The position numbers and the translations under genes were made by a program. The notes beneath the pieces were generated by a model that did not search any database, was not told where the DNA came from, and saw only the letters and a program-made list of their open reading frames with translations. Below are positions 35,599 through 48,999 of a stretch of DNA of 64,000 nt, piece by piece. Numbering within the stretch: position 1 is the stretch's first letter; the number at the start of each line of letters is the position of its first letter. Source of the stretch: Squalus acanthias (lineage: Eukaryota); the NCBI GenBank assembly GCA_030390025.1, contig CM059433.1, positions 9,364,001 through 9,428,000 on the forward strand, in the 5' to 3' direction.

Positions 35599-38403
35599 TG
35601 TAATATATGTGGGTAGAACAAATGAAGGACAGAGACACGATGAGTTGCTAGTCCAAGTGCTTGTTTACTAGGCCAGAGCGAGCTGAGCATGCTCATACCA
35701 AACCATGTGATAACACTGCTTTCCCCTTAAAAAAAATGTACATACTCCCTTCTCAAATACAACAAAACTATGGTTCCACCTTTCCCAGCATTACATGTGC
35801 CACATAACAAAAACTCCTGGCTTTTTTTCTTTTAAATCAACTACAAATGCTACAAATGAACTACAAATCCAGTTTAATAAGAAGTTTGTGGAGCCTTCCT
35901 GATCTCCTTACAAAAAGTTTTGGTGTTGAACCAATTTTCGGGCTGTTTTGTCCTGGTTCCGAACTCAAAGATGATCCTGTTTCTATCTCAGATTTGTTTG
36001 AACCTGGTTCTTCAGTTTCTGAAGTCTGAACTGAGTCCTTTGAGTCTCATCTACAATCTCAGTTGCATTCAAGGGAAAGTCTTTGTCAACTGCACCTAGT
36101 GTGAAAATCTCACCTTCACTCCAACACATGAGTCTTCATGTGGCAACCTTGGACAAGACATCTGCGTTTTGCTTTGAAGTGCGATATTCAATCGTGTAGT
36201 CATATTGTGACAACAACATTGCCCAAAGTTGCATTCTTGATGCGGCCATTGCAGGGATGACAGATTTGGGCCCCAATATTGCTAGGAGCGGTTTGTGATC
36301 GGTTATCAGGGTAAACTTTCTGCCGATCAGGAACTGTTGGAATTTCTTGATTCCAAACACTATGGCGAGTGCTTCCTTTTCAATTTGCGCGTAGTTTCTT
36401 TCGCTCTTTGTGAGGGTTTGCGATGCGAACACAATTGGTTTCTCTTGGCCATCATCCATTACGTGGCATATGACAGCTCCCACATCGTAGCTGGAAGCAT
36501 TACACACTAAGTTAAGCTCACGCTCTGTGTTGTAGTGCACAAGTAGAGCATTGCTAGAAAGACTTCTCTTATAAGCGTCGTAAGCTTCCAGTTGCACTAT
36601 CATCCACTTCCACTGGACATCCTTCTTGAGGAGCTCGTGCAATGGAGCTAACATGGTCGCTAACTCAGGTAAGAAGCGTACGTAGTACTGGACCATTCCA
36701 AGGAAAGATCTTAACTCAGACACGCTCTGTGGCTTTGGAGCATTGATGACAGCATCAACCTTTTCCTTAACTGGTTGCAATCCATTTGCATCAACTTTCA
36801 GACCAAGGTACGCAACTTCAAGCTGCACAAAAGCACATTTGCTCCTTTTCAATTTGACATTGTGGGAATTCAACCTTTGAAGCACTAAATCTAGCACTTC
36901 TAGATTTTCTTCCTCGCTGCTTGTTGCGATCAGCACATCATCTTGATTGCAGAAGCAATTTGGAACTCCTTGCAAAATCTTATCCATCGTAGCCGGGAAG
37001 ATTTTGGGGGAGAACTTTACACCGTACGGCAGCTTGGTGTATGAGTACAGTCCCTTGTGTGTGTTGATGGTGAGATACTGTTGACTCTCTTTGTCAACAT
37101 TCAGCTGAGTGTAAGCGTGCGACAGGTCAAGCTTAGAGAAAACCTTTGACCCAGAGAGTGCTGCATACAAATCTTGTGATGTAGGTAACGGGTACTGCTC
37201 ATCGTCAACCGCTTGGTTGATAGTAACTTTGTAATCACCGCACAAGCGTACAGTTTTGTCTGCTTTGGGCACTACCACAATCGGGGAAGCCCATTCACTT
37301 TTGTCAGTTTTTACTAGCACTCCGTTCTCTCAGTTTCTCTAGCTCTTCCTCCACCTGACTTTTCAACGCATAGGGGATCGGCCTTGCCTTACAATAGACA
37401 GGCTTCTCGTTGGACTTGATGTGGATATGCACGTCATACCCAATGATGCCCTCATAACTGTCTGTGAACATGCTTTTATACTTATACAAAAGCAAAATAC
37501 TGCGGATGCTGGAAATCTGAAATAAAAACAGAAATGCTAGAAATACTCAGCAGGTCAGGCAGCATCTATGGAGAGAGAGAAACAGAGTTAACGTTTCAGG
37601 TCGATGACCCTTCGTCAGAACCCTTTTATACTTGTTCAGCATTGTGTCGAGTCGCTTCTTTGAAGCATCTACACTAAAGATGTTTTCCAGTCTAGTTTTA
37701 ACTTTCTCAGCCAGTTTTTGCCCATGAGAGTTGGCCTGTTGTTGTAGCTCACTACAATAATAGGCAGCTTTACTGACTGGCCATTGTGCTGAACACTACA
37801 TTCTATTTGTCCACAAGTCTCCAGAGTAGGTTTTTAACTCTATGGTATGCTTTTTTACGTTCACGAATTACTTTATTTTGATCTTGAACATTCTTGTCTG
37901 CACCTTCGGTCTCAATAATGTTATTAGCCTTAAAAAAACATCTCCATCCCCTCAATGTAAGAACTGAATGATTCCCGAGCTCGGTCATACATGCCGAGGC
38001 TTGCGATGGATCCCATAGGTGCGGCCATGATTGTCCCGATCCTGTCGAACAGTGACTCAGCACGCTACCTGTGTACCTGTGAGAATCAGCGCCGCTGTTG
38101 CTGTGTATACAGACACACGAAGGCGAAGCACAGACGATTCTGCATCAGCTTCAACAGTAAAACATCGCAAAAAATTCAGTTTAGGTGTCACAAATTCACC
38201 TTAAACATTTCCACTCGAAGGTTGAACACTGTGTCCTTCCATAATCCTTAAAAATGGGTCTGGGATTCTATTCTTTTTGTCAAAATGTAATACCTGTGGG
38301 TAGAACAAATGAAGGACAGATCCATGTGCTTGTTTACTAGGCGAGAGCGAACTGAGCTTGCTCATACTAAACCATGTGTCAAACCATGTGATAATACATT
38401 ACA
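35599..38403 (-). mobile_element. Gypsy/Ty3 LTR retrotransposon (Mag-like), internally deleted
   Basis: About 120-bp LTRs at 35599-35718 and 38286-38403; 5-bp TSD AAGAC; polypurine tract near 35720-35730; RT-RNase H ORF 36136..37320 (SEWASPIVVVPK, RLCGDYK, FSKLDL, ELRSFLG, YAQIEKEALA, TDHKPL). Most of gag and integrase not seen. Confidence 0.95.
37484..37622 (-). mobile_element. Solo Penelope pLTR with hammerhead motif inserted in Gypsy pol
   Basis: 11-bp TSD CTTTTATACTT (37473-37483, 37623-37633); on -: GUU CUGACGA AGGGUCAUCGACCU GAAA CGUU AAC. Confidence 0.88.
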
Positions 38404-38658
38404 AAGACTACATTTATTCTTGATTGCCTGTGTGCAACACCATAGGAGAATGACTAATATTTTTAAAAAATGATTAGTGCCATTCCTTTGAAGTTGTACT
38501 TTCCCTAGCATATTGCCAGAAGAATATTTGTCAAAATCAATCTCATGTTTGTGAATATATAATCTAAGGAGCAGAATGACTTTCTTTGATCACCAGCCTT
38601 GCCCTCCCCATTGTAGACCAGCTCAGACCATCTACAGGAGTGACTGACTCCACTAAAC

Positions 38659-40187
38659 CTTCATTGCAAGAGGATTTGAGTACAGGAGCAAGGATGTCTT
38701 ACTACAGTTATACAGGGCCTTGGTGAGACCACACCTGGAGTACTGTGTGCAGTTTTGGTCTCCTTACCTAAGAAAGGATATACTTGCCATAGAGGGAGTG
38801 CAGCGAAGGTTCACCAGTTTGATTCCTGGGATGGCAGGACTGTCGTATGAGGAGAGATTGGGTCGACTAGGCCTGTATTCACTAGAGTTTAGAAGAATGA
38901 GAGGGAATCTCATTGAAACATATAAAATTCTGACAGGGCTAGACAGACTGGATGCAGGGAGGATGTTTCCCTTGGCTGGGGGGGTGGTCTAGAACGAGGG
39001 GTCACAGTCTCAGGATATGGGGTAGGACATTTAGGACTGAGATGAGGAGAAATTTCTTCACTCAGAGGGTGATGAACCTGTGGAATTCTCTACCACAGAA
39101 GGCTGTGGAGGCCAAGTCACTGAATGGGGGAAAAATTCAGTATCGCCCCATTTGGGGCGCCATTATCGGCCGTGCGCAAAGTTTAGCGCCTGGTGCTAAT
39201 TATCGCCTCCGACTGCAAACTTGACTTTTATCGCCCCTGGAGGTGATTGGAGCACTAAGTCAGGCGCTACACATCTGTCTTAAGGTGCAAAGGCTGAGGA
39301 GCGAGGCGCTACCTCAGAGCGCTGGCGAAGCTCATGTGATGTCAGTCAGCAATGGAACACAGACACACTGGCGCTGGCCAGTTCTTAAAGGGGAGGGTCG
39401 ATCTTGCTCTACATCCACACCCTGCTCATTGCAGCCTTGAATCTCGGCCTGGAGAGACCTGTACATCAAATCTGTTGGAAAGAACAATGGGGAGGCCCAG
39501 GGAAAGAGCTCAGACTGCAGCCCCCATATTCTCTTCTAAATCGATGCAAGGAAGATCAAACCAGAAAGAACCTGCAAAGTGCTGCTCAGTACCCAAAACT
39601 CTTCAACACAGCTTTGAATATCTCCTGCAGTCTCTCTCTCACTCAGAATGCGTGGTGCAAAAATTTCGCTGACAAAAAAAGGCAGGAAGCAGTCGCCTTT
39701 AAATAGCGCTCTCCCAGTCCCTTCCTGACTGCAAAATGCTCCCCTCAACCTGTCGTTGCTAGCGGCAGGCGGTAAGACGGGGGGGGCACCACTCAATATC
39801 CGGTCCGGGGCGCTACCGGGGCGTTGCACTCTCGACTGACATCATGATCGGCCGGCGCAGGAGATCGTGGTGGTAGTATTTAGCGCTGCCACAAAATGTC
39901 TAGTTAATTTAGTGAGCAAAGATCGCCGCGCACGGGCGCTAGTTGCTTTGCGCCCCATTAGCGCCCTCTTAAGGCGCTAACGGGATGCGCAATCCAACTG
40001 AATTTTCCCCCCCAATATATTTAAGAAGGAGATAGATAGATTTCTAGACACAAAAGGCATCAAGGGGTATGGGGAGAGAGCGGGAATATGCTATTGAGAT
40101 AGAGGATCAGCCATGATCATATTGAATGGCGGAGCAGGCTCGAAGGGCTGAATGGCCTACTCCTGCTCCTATTTTTCTATGTTTCTA
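38659..40187 (+). mobile_element. CR1 LINE 3' fragment interrupted by a Harbinger derivative
   Basis: ORFs 38720..38992 and 38952..; sequence resumes at 40014 (AATATATTTAAGAAGG). Confidence 0.92.
39126..40013 (-). mobile_element. Internal-deletion derivative of the 401-5677 Harbinger family
   Basis: TIRs GGGGGAAAAATTCAG / CTGAATTTTCCCCC, TSD AAT; 39126-39513 matches about 5677-5290 and 39514-40013 matches about 912-401 in reverse. Confidence 0.92.
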
Positions 40188-40336
40188 AACCTGAGAAGGT
40201 CTTTGGTACACAAGAATTTGAAATGGATATCAGTGTTAATTCTTTTTAGTAATTATAAAAGCTCTGAATACTTTTGCTCCTGCTAATAGTAGTGTATAAT
40301 GTATGTGATCAAATGCGTTCACTTGTTCTTTTGTAG

Positions 40337-40447
40337 ATTACAGTCTGAAGGGTAAAAACGCCCTTGAAGAGATCTGCAAAGCTTGGCTTACGCAACACTG
40401 TAGTAAAACGTATTTACGACCCGTTGAAATGTTCAGCACCAGAAATT
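40337..40447 (+). other. Candidate exon (111 bp, phase 0-0) with in-frame TGA
   Basis: TTCTTTTGTAG acceptor, GTGAGT donor; ITV*RVKTPLKRSAKLGLRNTVVKRIYDPLKCSAPEI (TGA at 40346-40348). Confidence 0.55.
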
Positions 40448-40559
40448 GTGAGTTGTGAGTACTAGTGAATAGATTGAGCTGTAACATTTAGAGGCTAGCA
40501 TTGTGCCTTAGAAAAAGTTAAAGCTGAACCAAGTGAAGACGCGCAGATTGCAAGATTAA

Positions 40560-43500
40560 AGAAAATAAGCCTTATTTCCAAAGGTATTTAAATAGGAAGA
40601 GATTAGTGAAAGTAAATGTGGGCCCATTAGAGGCAGAGACAGGAGAAATTATAATGGGCATTAAGGAAATGGCAGAGACATTAAACAAATACTTTGTATC
40701 TGTCTTCACAGTAAAAGACACAAAAAACATTCCGGAAATAATGGGTCTAGAGAGAAAGAGGAACATAAAGAAATCTGTATAAGTAAAGGCATAGTACTGG
40801 AGAAATTAATGGGACTAAGTGGCGACAAATCCCCTGGACCTGACGAGCTGCATCCTAGGGTCTTAAAAGAGGTATCTGTAGAGATAGTGGATGCACTGGT
40901 ATTAATCTTCCAGAATTCCCTAGATTCTAGAACAGTCCCCAAGGATTGGAAGGTAGCAAACATCACCCTGTTATTTAAGAAAGGAGGAAGAAAAAAACAG
41001 GGAACTATAGGCCAGTTAGCCTGACATCAGTAGTAGGCAAAATGCTAGAATCTATTATTAGGGACACTAGGGCACTTCGAAAATCATAATATGATTAGGC
41101 AGAGTCAACCTGGTTTTATGAAAGGGAAATTGTGTTTGACATAGACATAGAAACATAGAAGATAGGAGCAGGAGTAGGCCATTCGGCCCCTCGAGCCTGC
41201 TCCGCCATTCGATGAGATCATGGCTGATCATCTAAACTCAGTACCCTGTCCCTGCCTTCTCCCATATCCCTTGATACCTTTAGCCTTAAGTAATATATCC
41301 AACTCCTTCTTGAATATATTTACTGTCTTGGCCTCAACTGCCTTCTGTGGTAGAGAATTCCACAGGTTCACCACTCTCTGGGTGAAGAAATTCTTCCTCA
41401 TCTCTGTCCTAAATGGCTTACCCCTTATCCTTAGACTGTGACCTCTTGTTCTGGACTCACCCGCCATCGGGAACATCCTTCCTGCATCCAGTCTGTCTAG
41501 CCCTGTTAGAATTTTATAAGTTTCAATGAGATCTCCTCTCATTCTTCTAAACTCCAGCGAGTATAAGCCCAATCGACCCAATCTCTCCTTGTACGTCATT
41601 CCTGCCATCCCAGGTATCAGTCTGGTGAATCTTCGCTGCACACCCTCCATGGCAAGAACATCCTTCCTCAGATAAGGCGACCAAAACTGCACACAATACT
41701 CAAGGTGTGGTCTCACCAAGGCCCTGTACAGCTGCAGCAAGACATCCTTGTTCCTGTACTCAAACCCTCTCGCTACAAAGGCCAACATACCATTTGTCTT
41801 CTTAACCGCCTGCTGTACCTGCATGCTTACCTTCAGCGACTGGTGCACAAGGAAACCCAGGTCTTGTTGCACTTCCCCTTCTCCCAATCTATTCCCGTTC
41901 AGATAATAATCTGCCTTCCTGTTTCTGACACCAAAGTGGATAACCTCGCACTTATCCACATTATACTGCATCTGCCACGCTTCTGCCCAATCACCCAACC
42001 TGTCCAAATCATACTGGAGTTTCTCGGCATCCTCCTCGCAGCACACACGCCCACCCAGCTTTGTGTCATCTGCAAACTTGGAGATATTACATCTACTTCC
42101 CTCGTCTAGATCATTAATATATATAGTGAATAGCTGGGGTCCTAGGACCGATCCCTGCGGAACCCCACTAGTCACTGCCTGCCACTCGGAAAAAGACCCG
42201 TTTATTCCAACTCTTTGCTTCCTGTCTGACAACCAGTTCTCTATCCAAGTCAGTACCTTGCCCCCAGTCCCATGTGCCTTAACTTTACATGCTAATCTCT
42301 TATGCGGGACCTTATCAAAAGCCTTCTGAAAGTCCAAATACACCACATCCACTGGTTTTCCCTTATCTATTCTACCAGTTACATCCTCAAAAAATTCCAA
42401 TAGATTAGTCAAGCACAATTTACCTTTTGTAAATCCATGTTGACTTTGTCCAATCCTGTCCTGACAAATCTGTTAGAGTTTTTTGAAGATGTAACTAATA
42501 GGTTGGATAGGGGGGAGCCAGTGGATGTAATATATTTGGATTTTCAAAAAGCATTCGATTAGGTGCCACACAAGAGGTTATTACACAAAATTAGGACTCA
42601 TGGTATTGGAGGTAGTATATTAGCATGGATTGAGGATTGGTTAATGGACAGAACACAGAGAGTAGGAATAAACGGGACTTTTTCAGGTTGGCAGACTGTA
42701 ACTAGTGGGGTATTGCAAGGATCAGTGCTTGCGCCTCAGCTATTTACAATCTATATTAATAACGTAGATGAAGGGACTGATTGTAATGTATCCAAGTTTG
42801 CTGATGATACAAAGTTAGGTGGGAAAGTAAGCTGTGAGGAGGACGCAAAGAGGCTGCAGAGAGATATAGACAGGTTGACTGAGTGGGCAAGAACATGGCA
42901 AATGGAATACAATGTGGGGAAGTGTGAAGTTATCCACTTAGGTAGGAAAAACAAAAAAGCAGAATATTTTTTGAATGATGAGAGACTGGGAAATGTTTGC
43001 ACTCAGAGGGACCTGGGTGTCCTTGTACATGAATCACAGAAAGTTAAAATGCAGGTACAGCAAGCAATTAGGAAAACAAATGGTATGTTAGCTTCTGTTA
43101 CAAAGGGATTAGAGTATAAGAGTAAAGAAGTCTTACTACAATTATACAGGGCATTGGTGAGGTCACACCTGGAGTACTGTGTACAGTTTTGGTCTCCTTA
43201 CCTAAGGGAAGACATACTTGCCTTAGAGGGAGTGCAGCGAAGGTTCACTAGACTGGTTCCTGGGATGAGGGGATTGCCCTATGAGGAGAGATTGAGTAGA
43301 CTAGGCCTATATTCCTTAGAGTTTAGAAGAATGATATGTGATCTAATTGAAACATACAAAATTCTTAAGGGGCTTGACAGAGTTAATGCTGGGAAAATGT
43401 TTCCCCTGGCTGGGGAGTCTAGAACACGGGGTCACAGTCTCAGAATAAGGGGTCGGCCATTTAGGACTAAGATGAGGAGAAATTTCTTCACTCAGAGGGT

Positions 43501-43728
43501 GGTGAATCTTTGGAATTCTCTACCCCAGAGGGCTGTGGATGCTCAGTCGTTGAGTATATTCAAGACAGAGATCGATAGAATTTTGGGAACGAAGAGAATG
43601 AAGGGATATGGGGATAGTGCGGGAAGGTGGAGATGAGGTAGAAGATCAGCCATGATCTTATTGAATGGCGGAGCAGGCTCGGGGGGCGAAATGGCCGACT
43701 CCTGCTCCTATTTCTTATGTTCTTATGT
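40560..43728 (+). mobile_element. CR1 LINE ORF2 fragment hosting an antisense CR1
   Basis: KSPGPDELHPRVLKE, WKVANIT, then after the insert ORF 42563..43636 (QGSVLAPQLFTIYIN, KFADDTK); tail (TTCTTATG)n. Confidence 0.95.
41142..42461 (-). mobile_element. Young CR1 insertion with uninterrupted 396-aa RT ORF
   Basis: ORF 41228..42418; direct repeat TGACA (41137-41141, 42462-42466). Confidence 0.95.
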
Positions 43729-44909
43729 TTGTGTATCACGAGTCTAAAATATTGTATCATGAAATTTACTTCCTTTTTATTATGAGTATTTTATTTTTTA
43801 AAGTGATTTCATGCAGTAACCTAAACAATGCCAGGCCGGGGGTGGTTTAGGACCGGCACTGTGCCACAACTGTACTGTTTAAAATGGACTCAACACTATT
43901 GTCTTCTCAGACTTCTTCTGCAATTCAAAAACTGAGGTTGGTGGGATGGGTGACTGATCTGAGCAGCCATCACTGGGACAGGAACGATTGATATTGTGTC
44001 CCCTTCCTCCAATTTAATGTCAGCGGCCCCACTCTAATCTGGTACTCGGTTGCAGCGCACTGAAGACTCAATAGCAGAAGTGGACATTAGTTCTCTGTGG
44101 CTCACCCCTGGACAACACTGTTGTATTAAAGGATTCAATGGGGCCCAAGATCTTTTGATCCTTAAACTCTGGTATTGTTGAATACGTGAATTTTTAATTC
44201 AGGATATGATTAAATTTGGGAACATCTGTACTCGAAGAGAAAGATTTACATTGATAAAATACTTGACCACAATTTGTTTTTGTTGATTCTATTGGTTGTC
44301 CTTCAGCCACAAGATTCTTTTAAGTTGAATATTTTTAAAATAAGCTGAGAAAATGAGAGCGTGAGCTTGAACTTGCTGGCAATACAGGAAATCTTTAACG
44401 TAAATGTAAGAGGTAGCAATGGTATGGGCTGAGCCGACAAAGTGGTAAGTGTTTTTGATCTCCAGGTCCAGCGCTAATGGTCCTCATTGTGATGAAAGTA
44501 GCAATATACAGCTGACCTCCTATGGCATTGCTCACAGGTGGTCTGGCGTACGATTGTGATGTTTAGCCGCTGAGATGGAGGCTGTATTTAGCTGGCCTGC
44601 CCCTTTAACACCACTGCTCTAGTACGTTCTGAGGGGAAGTGGCCTAAATAGGGACAACACTGAAGTCAATGGGAGGAGAATTGATGAGAATGATAGCAGC
44701 TTGTGAATCCCTGGCTCCAGCCCTTAAAAAGATTATTAAGCTAAAAAAAGAACAGCAGGAAACGGTTCCCTTTTTTCAAATACATTTGGCACTTTGTGAC
44801 AGATGTGTGCCAGATGCAAGTTATGTTAATGAACCTCCTGTGGTGCTGCTCATAATAAGTTAGCGGATCTATAAAAATAAATTAGAGAGGATCATCCAAA
44901 TTTCAGCTG

Positions 44910-45497
44910 CCTATGTCCTAACTCGCACCAAGCCCCGGTCACCCATCACCCCTGTGCTCGCTGACCTACATTGGTTCCCGGTCTGGCAACGCCTCGAATT
45001 CAAAATTCTCATCCTAGTGTTCAAATCCCACCGTGGCCTCCCCCCCTCCCTATCTCTGTTACCTCCTCCAACCCTCTGAGATCTCTGCGTTCCTCCAATT
45101 CTGGCATCTCGTACATCCCCGATTTCCATCGCTCCACCATGGGCAGCTGTGCCTTCAGTTGTCTAAGTGCTAAGCTGTGAAATTCCTTTCCTAAACCTCT
45201 CCGCCTCGCTGTCTCTCTCTCCTCCTTCAAGATGCTCCTTAAAACCTATATCTTTGCGCAAGCTTGAGGGCACCTGTCCACTTGCCTGGATGAGTGCAGC
45301 TGCAACAACACTTAAGAAGCTCGACACCATCCAGGACAAAGCAGCCCGCTTGATTGGCACCCCATCCACCACCTTAAACATTCACTCCCTCCACCACCGG
45401 CGCACCGTGGCTGCAGTGTGTACCATCTACAAGACGCACTGGAGCAACTTGCCAAGGCTCCTTCGGCAGCACCTCCCAAACACGCGACCTCTACCAC
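44910..45497 (+). mobile_element. L2 fragment (to about 45258) abutting a Zenon-like LINE fragment
   Basis: CCCATCACCCCTGTGCTCGCTGACCTACATTGG (L2 HITP..LHW region), then PLAWMSAAATTLKKLDTIQDKAARLI. Confidence 0.8.
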
Positions 45498-48011
45498 CTG
45501 ACTTTTCAACGCATAGGGGACCGGCCTTGCCTTACAATAGACAGGCTTCACGTTGGCCTTGATGCGGATATGCACGTCATACCCAGTGATGCCCTCATAA
45601 CTGTCTGTGAACATGCTTTCTCATTGTGTCGAGTCGCTTCTTTGAAGCATCTACATTGAAGATGTTTTTCCAGTCTAGCTTTAACTTTCTCAACCAGTCT
45701 TTGCCCATGAGAGTTGGCCTGTTGTTGTAGCTCACTGCAATAATAGGCAGCTTTACTGACTGGCCATTGTGCTGAACTGTACATTCCATTTGTCCACATG
45801 TCTCTAGGATTTCTCCAGAGTAGGTTTTTAATACTATGGTACTCTTTGTAAGTGGCACTTGATTAAACTTCCTCTCATATATGTCCTTACTCATGGTAGA
45901 GCTGTCTACCACTGTGTCAATACACATATCAATATATTGGTCGTTGATCAAAAGTTTTGTATGGAAGTCTTTCTCACGACTGCTAGTGTTGCTGCTCGTG
46001 GCATATATACTGTTCGTCAACATCAGGTGGGTTTACTTCAATAATGGTCCAAAAATTCGTGAGGAAGCCTTCGTGCGAGGGTAAGGCCTCCCCGCGATCT
46101 CTCACTCCGCGTTGGCTTTTTCAGTTCCAGCTCGCACGAACTTGATGTTCTGGACAGCTGCTGTGCTGGGCTTGCGTATCCCACCGGCGTAGTGAATTCG
46201 TGCGAGCTGTGGGATCACGTGACTCAGTTAGAGCCAATGGCAGCACACCATCTTCCATTCATAACTTTCACATAAATGCTGTGAAAGTTATGAATACTAT
46301 AGCCCCCCAAAAGAACAGCTAAACCTCAATTAAATTTTTTTTAAAAACCATCACATTAATAAAATAAGTATAGTTAAATAAATTAACCATTTTAAATAAA
46401 AAATTAAATTTTTGAAAAACTTTAAAATCTTTTAAAAAGTTATAAAAATAAACTTACCTGTCTTGAAAGTCTCTAAAAACGATATACCTGTTAAAAAAAA
46501 TTCAAAATAATACTTAATTCACTACTTACCTTGTTAAAAGTGGGTCTTACTCCTCCTTTTTTTATGTGTAGAATCTTCCGTACTTACCTGCGCGTTGAAA
46601 CCACTAAGTGCACTGCGTGCGCGCAGCCTGTAGCGTGCACGCGGTTCACCTAGGACCCGCCCCCTTTTCCATTCACCAAGTGCCGGTTTTCAGCACATGC
46701 GCAGTGCATGCAGAAAACCGGCAATTGGAGACAGAATACGCGAGAGTACACAGTGCGTACTCTTGCGTAGCGGGACTAATTTTTGGGCCATTGTGAATTC
46801 CTCCCTTTTGTTGTCGCTGCTTTGCATTGCCACTAGAATGGTTCTTACTTCCTGCTTTCGATCTAGCTCTGCAAGCTGTTGAAATATGGCCTTGCTTCTG
46901 GCAGTGACAACACTTTGCATTTCTGTATTGGCAGGACTGTGGTGAGTAATTTCCATTGCAGTGATAACAATTCACTGAACTGCTCTCACCGACATGCTTT
47001 TGACTTGGTCTCACAGCTTTAGGTTCGGCGGTGGCTTTGTGACTGTAGACCTCAGCTGCACTAGTCACTTGAGTTGGACGGAGCTCCCGAGCATTCTTAG
47101 TCACCATCTCCATAGATAGGCAATTTTACATGCTATGTCCAACGTTAGGTTCAGAGTGTTCAGTAACTTGGACTGTGTGCGCTCATCCACCAGTCCACAC
47201 ACAAACTTATCTCGCAACACACTATCCAAAAATGTGCCGAAGATACAATGCAAAGACAGGTTCTTAAGAGCTACAATGTACTCACTGATGGTATCACTTT
47301 GTTTTTAGTTTTTGGTACCAAACTTATAGCTCTCTGCTATTTCTAACGACTTTGGGTCGAAATGGTCCTCAAGTTTCTTGACAATGTCTTCAAATGACAC
47401 ATCCTTCTCTTTCCCTGGCACGAGTAGGTTTGTCAAAGTTCCGTAGACATCTGGACCGATCTCCGTTAGAAAGATTGCTTTTTTTCCGTTCACGAATTAC
47501 TTTATTTTGAGCTTGAACATTCTCATCTGCACCTTCGGTCTCAATAATGTTATTGGCCTTAAAAAACATCTCCATCCACTCAATGTAAGAACTGAGTGGT
47601 TTGTGAGTTTGGTCATACATGCCGAGGCTTCTGATGAATCCCGTAGGTGCGGCCATGATTGTCCCGAACCCGTTGAATAGGGACTCAGCCGCTACCTGTG
47701 TACCTGTGAGAATCAACACCACTGTTGCTGTGCATACATACACACGAAGGCAAAGCACAGATGATTCTGCACAAGCATTAAGTTTAGGTGCCACAAATTC
47801 ACCTTAAACTTGTCCACTCGAAGGTTGAACACAGTGTCCTTCCATGATCCCTAAAAATGTTTTTGGGATCCCATTTCATCGCCAAAATGTAACATACGTG
47901 GGTAGAACAAATGAAGGACAGAGACACGATGAGTTGCTAGTCCATGTGCTTGTTTATTAGGCCAGAGCGAACTGAGCATGCTCATACCAAACCATGTGAT
48001 AATGCATTACA
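45498..48011 (-). mobile_element. Second Gypsy copy: 5' LTR, PBS, gag, protease; 3'-truncated
   Basis: LTR about 47888-48011 matches 35599; PBS-like TGGCGATGAA on -; gag with paired Zn knuckles CYHC...CCHCQKQGHISTAC; protease CIDTVVDSS and TLMGKDWL. Confidence 0.92.
46046..46789. mobile_element. MITE with AT-rich core inserted between gag and protease
   Basis: TIRs GGTCCAAAAATT / AATTTTTGGGCC; flanks AAT/ATT; removal restores GGIHNIEVNPPD. Confidence 0.8.
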
Positions 48012-48397
48012 GAATGCATTTGCCAATGATTAAGAATGACACCGAAGTGTTACACAAAAAGGTTACAGGAAGTGTGTGATGGTATATGTTATACACAAGA
48101 TGTGTTGCAAATTTATATATATAATAGACACCACTGATGAATAAGGATATGGTGATTTGAGAAACATGTTGAGACCAAGAAATGGGTAGTGATTAAAAGT
48201 GTTTTCTGATTGGTTGCTGGGCAGAAAAATGTGATAGATTTTAGTGCCATCTTTAAAATGTGATGGGCAGTATACATAAGACTTTCAATTTAACGTAATT
48301 ATAGGCAGATATGTATGTATACAAGATTTTTAAAATTGTGGTTCAAAGTGCAATATTCATGAATGGTAGTAGCTCTATGAATGTGTCAAAAATCTAA

Positions 48398-48871
48398 GGG
48401 GCATTTTGCCCAGCCCTGGGGAGGCGGGTATGGAGGCGGGACTGCCAGGAAAATGGCAGAATTTGGGGGACGGGAACCCAGAGAGTCTCGGACCTCCGTA
48501 TTGCAGATGACAGATGGCCACTGCATTCTCAGATGCAACAACCATCTCATTTCTGTAAAAGAAAGAGGTTGGATGAGGTCTTGAATTGAAGACCTCATCA
48601 AACTGCAGAGATTGTCAGTGTTTGACAGCTTCACAGAGCTGTCAACCGATGACAACTCATCTGTGAAAAATTTTTGACAGATGAAACATCATACGTTGAC
48701 GTTCTCTGCAACCGGCTTTCCCTTAATTGGCCTGCTAAGCCCGCTGGGCGGGCTTAACAAGGTCAATCAAGGGAAAACAGTGTGGGTTGGCCACAAATCG
48801 ACGGAGGCGGGACATCGACCCGCCAAGCAGCAGTCCCGCCTCCAACACGCCCCCATTGACAAAATCGCCCC
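48398..48871. mobile_element. Family B MITE (shorter copy)
   Basis: Colinear with 6379-7198 with an internal deletion; ends GGGGCATTTTGCC and GACAAAATCGCCCC. Confidence 0.8.
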
Positions 48872-48999
48872 CATGGTCTTTTTCTGTAAAGTTGTCATTC
48901 AAAACCAGACAAAAGTTAGCTGTAATGGATGTATTGGATGTTTGAGAGGGCACCTATCAGGAACAATTTTTGAAAGAGAAAGTTGACCTCAGAATATGT

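Noticed and set aside
40346..40348. Selenocysteine codon
   Set aside because: No redox motif and no SECIS visible; a CpG transition is simpler.
44389..44444. Additional exon ending at GTAAGT
   Set aside because: Weak acceptor and in-frame stop in the phase needed.
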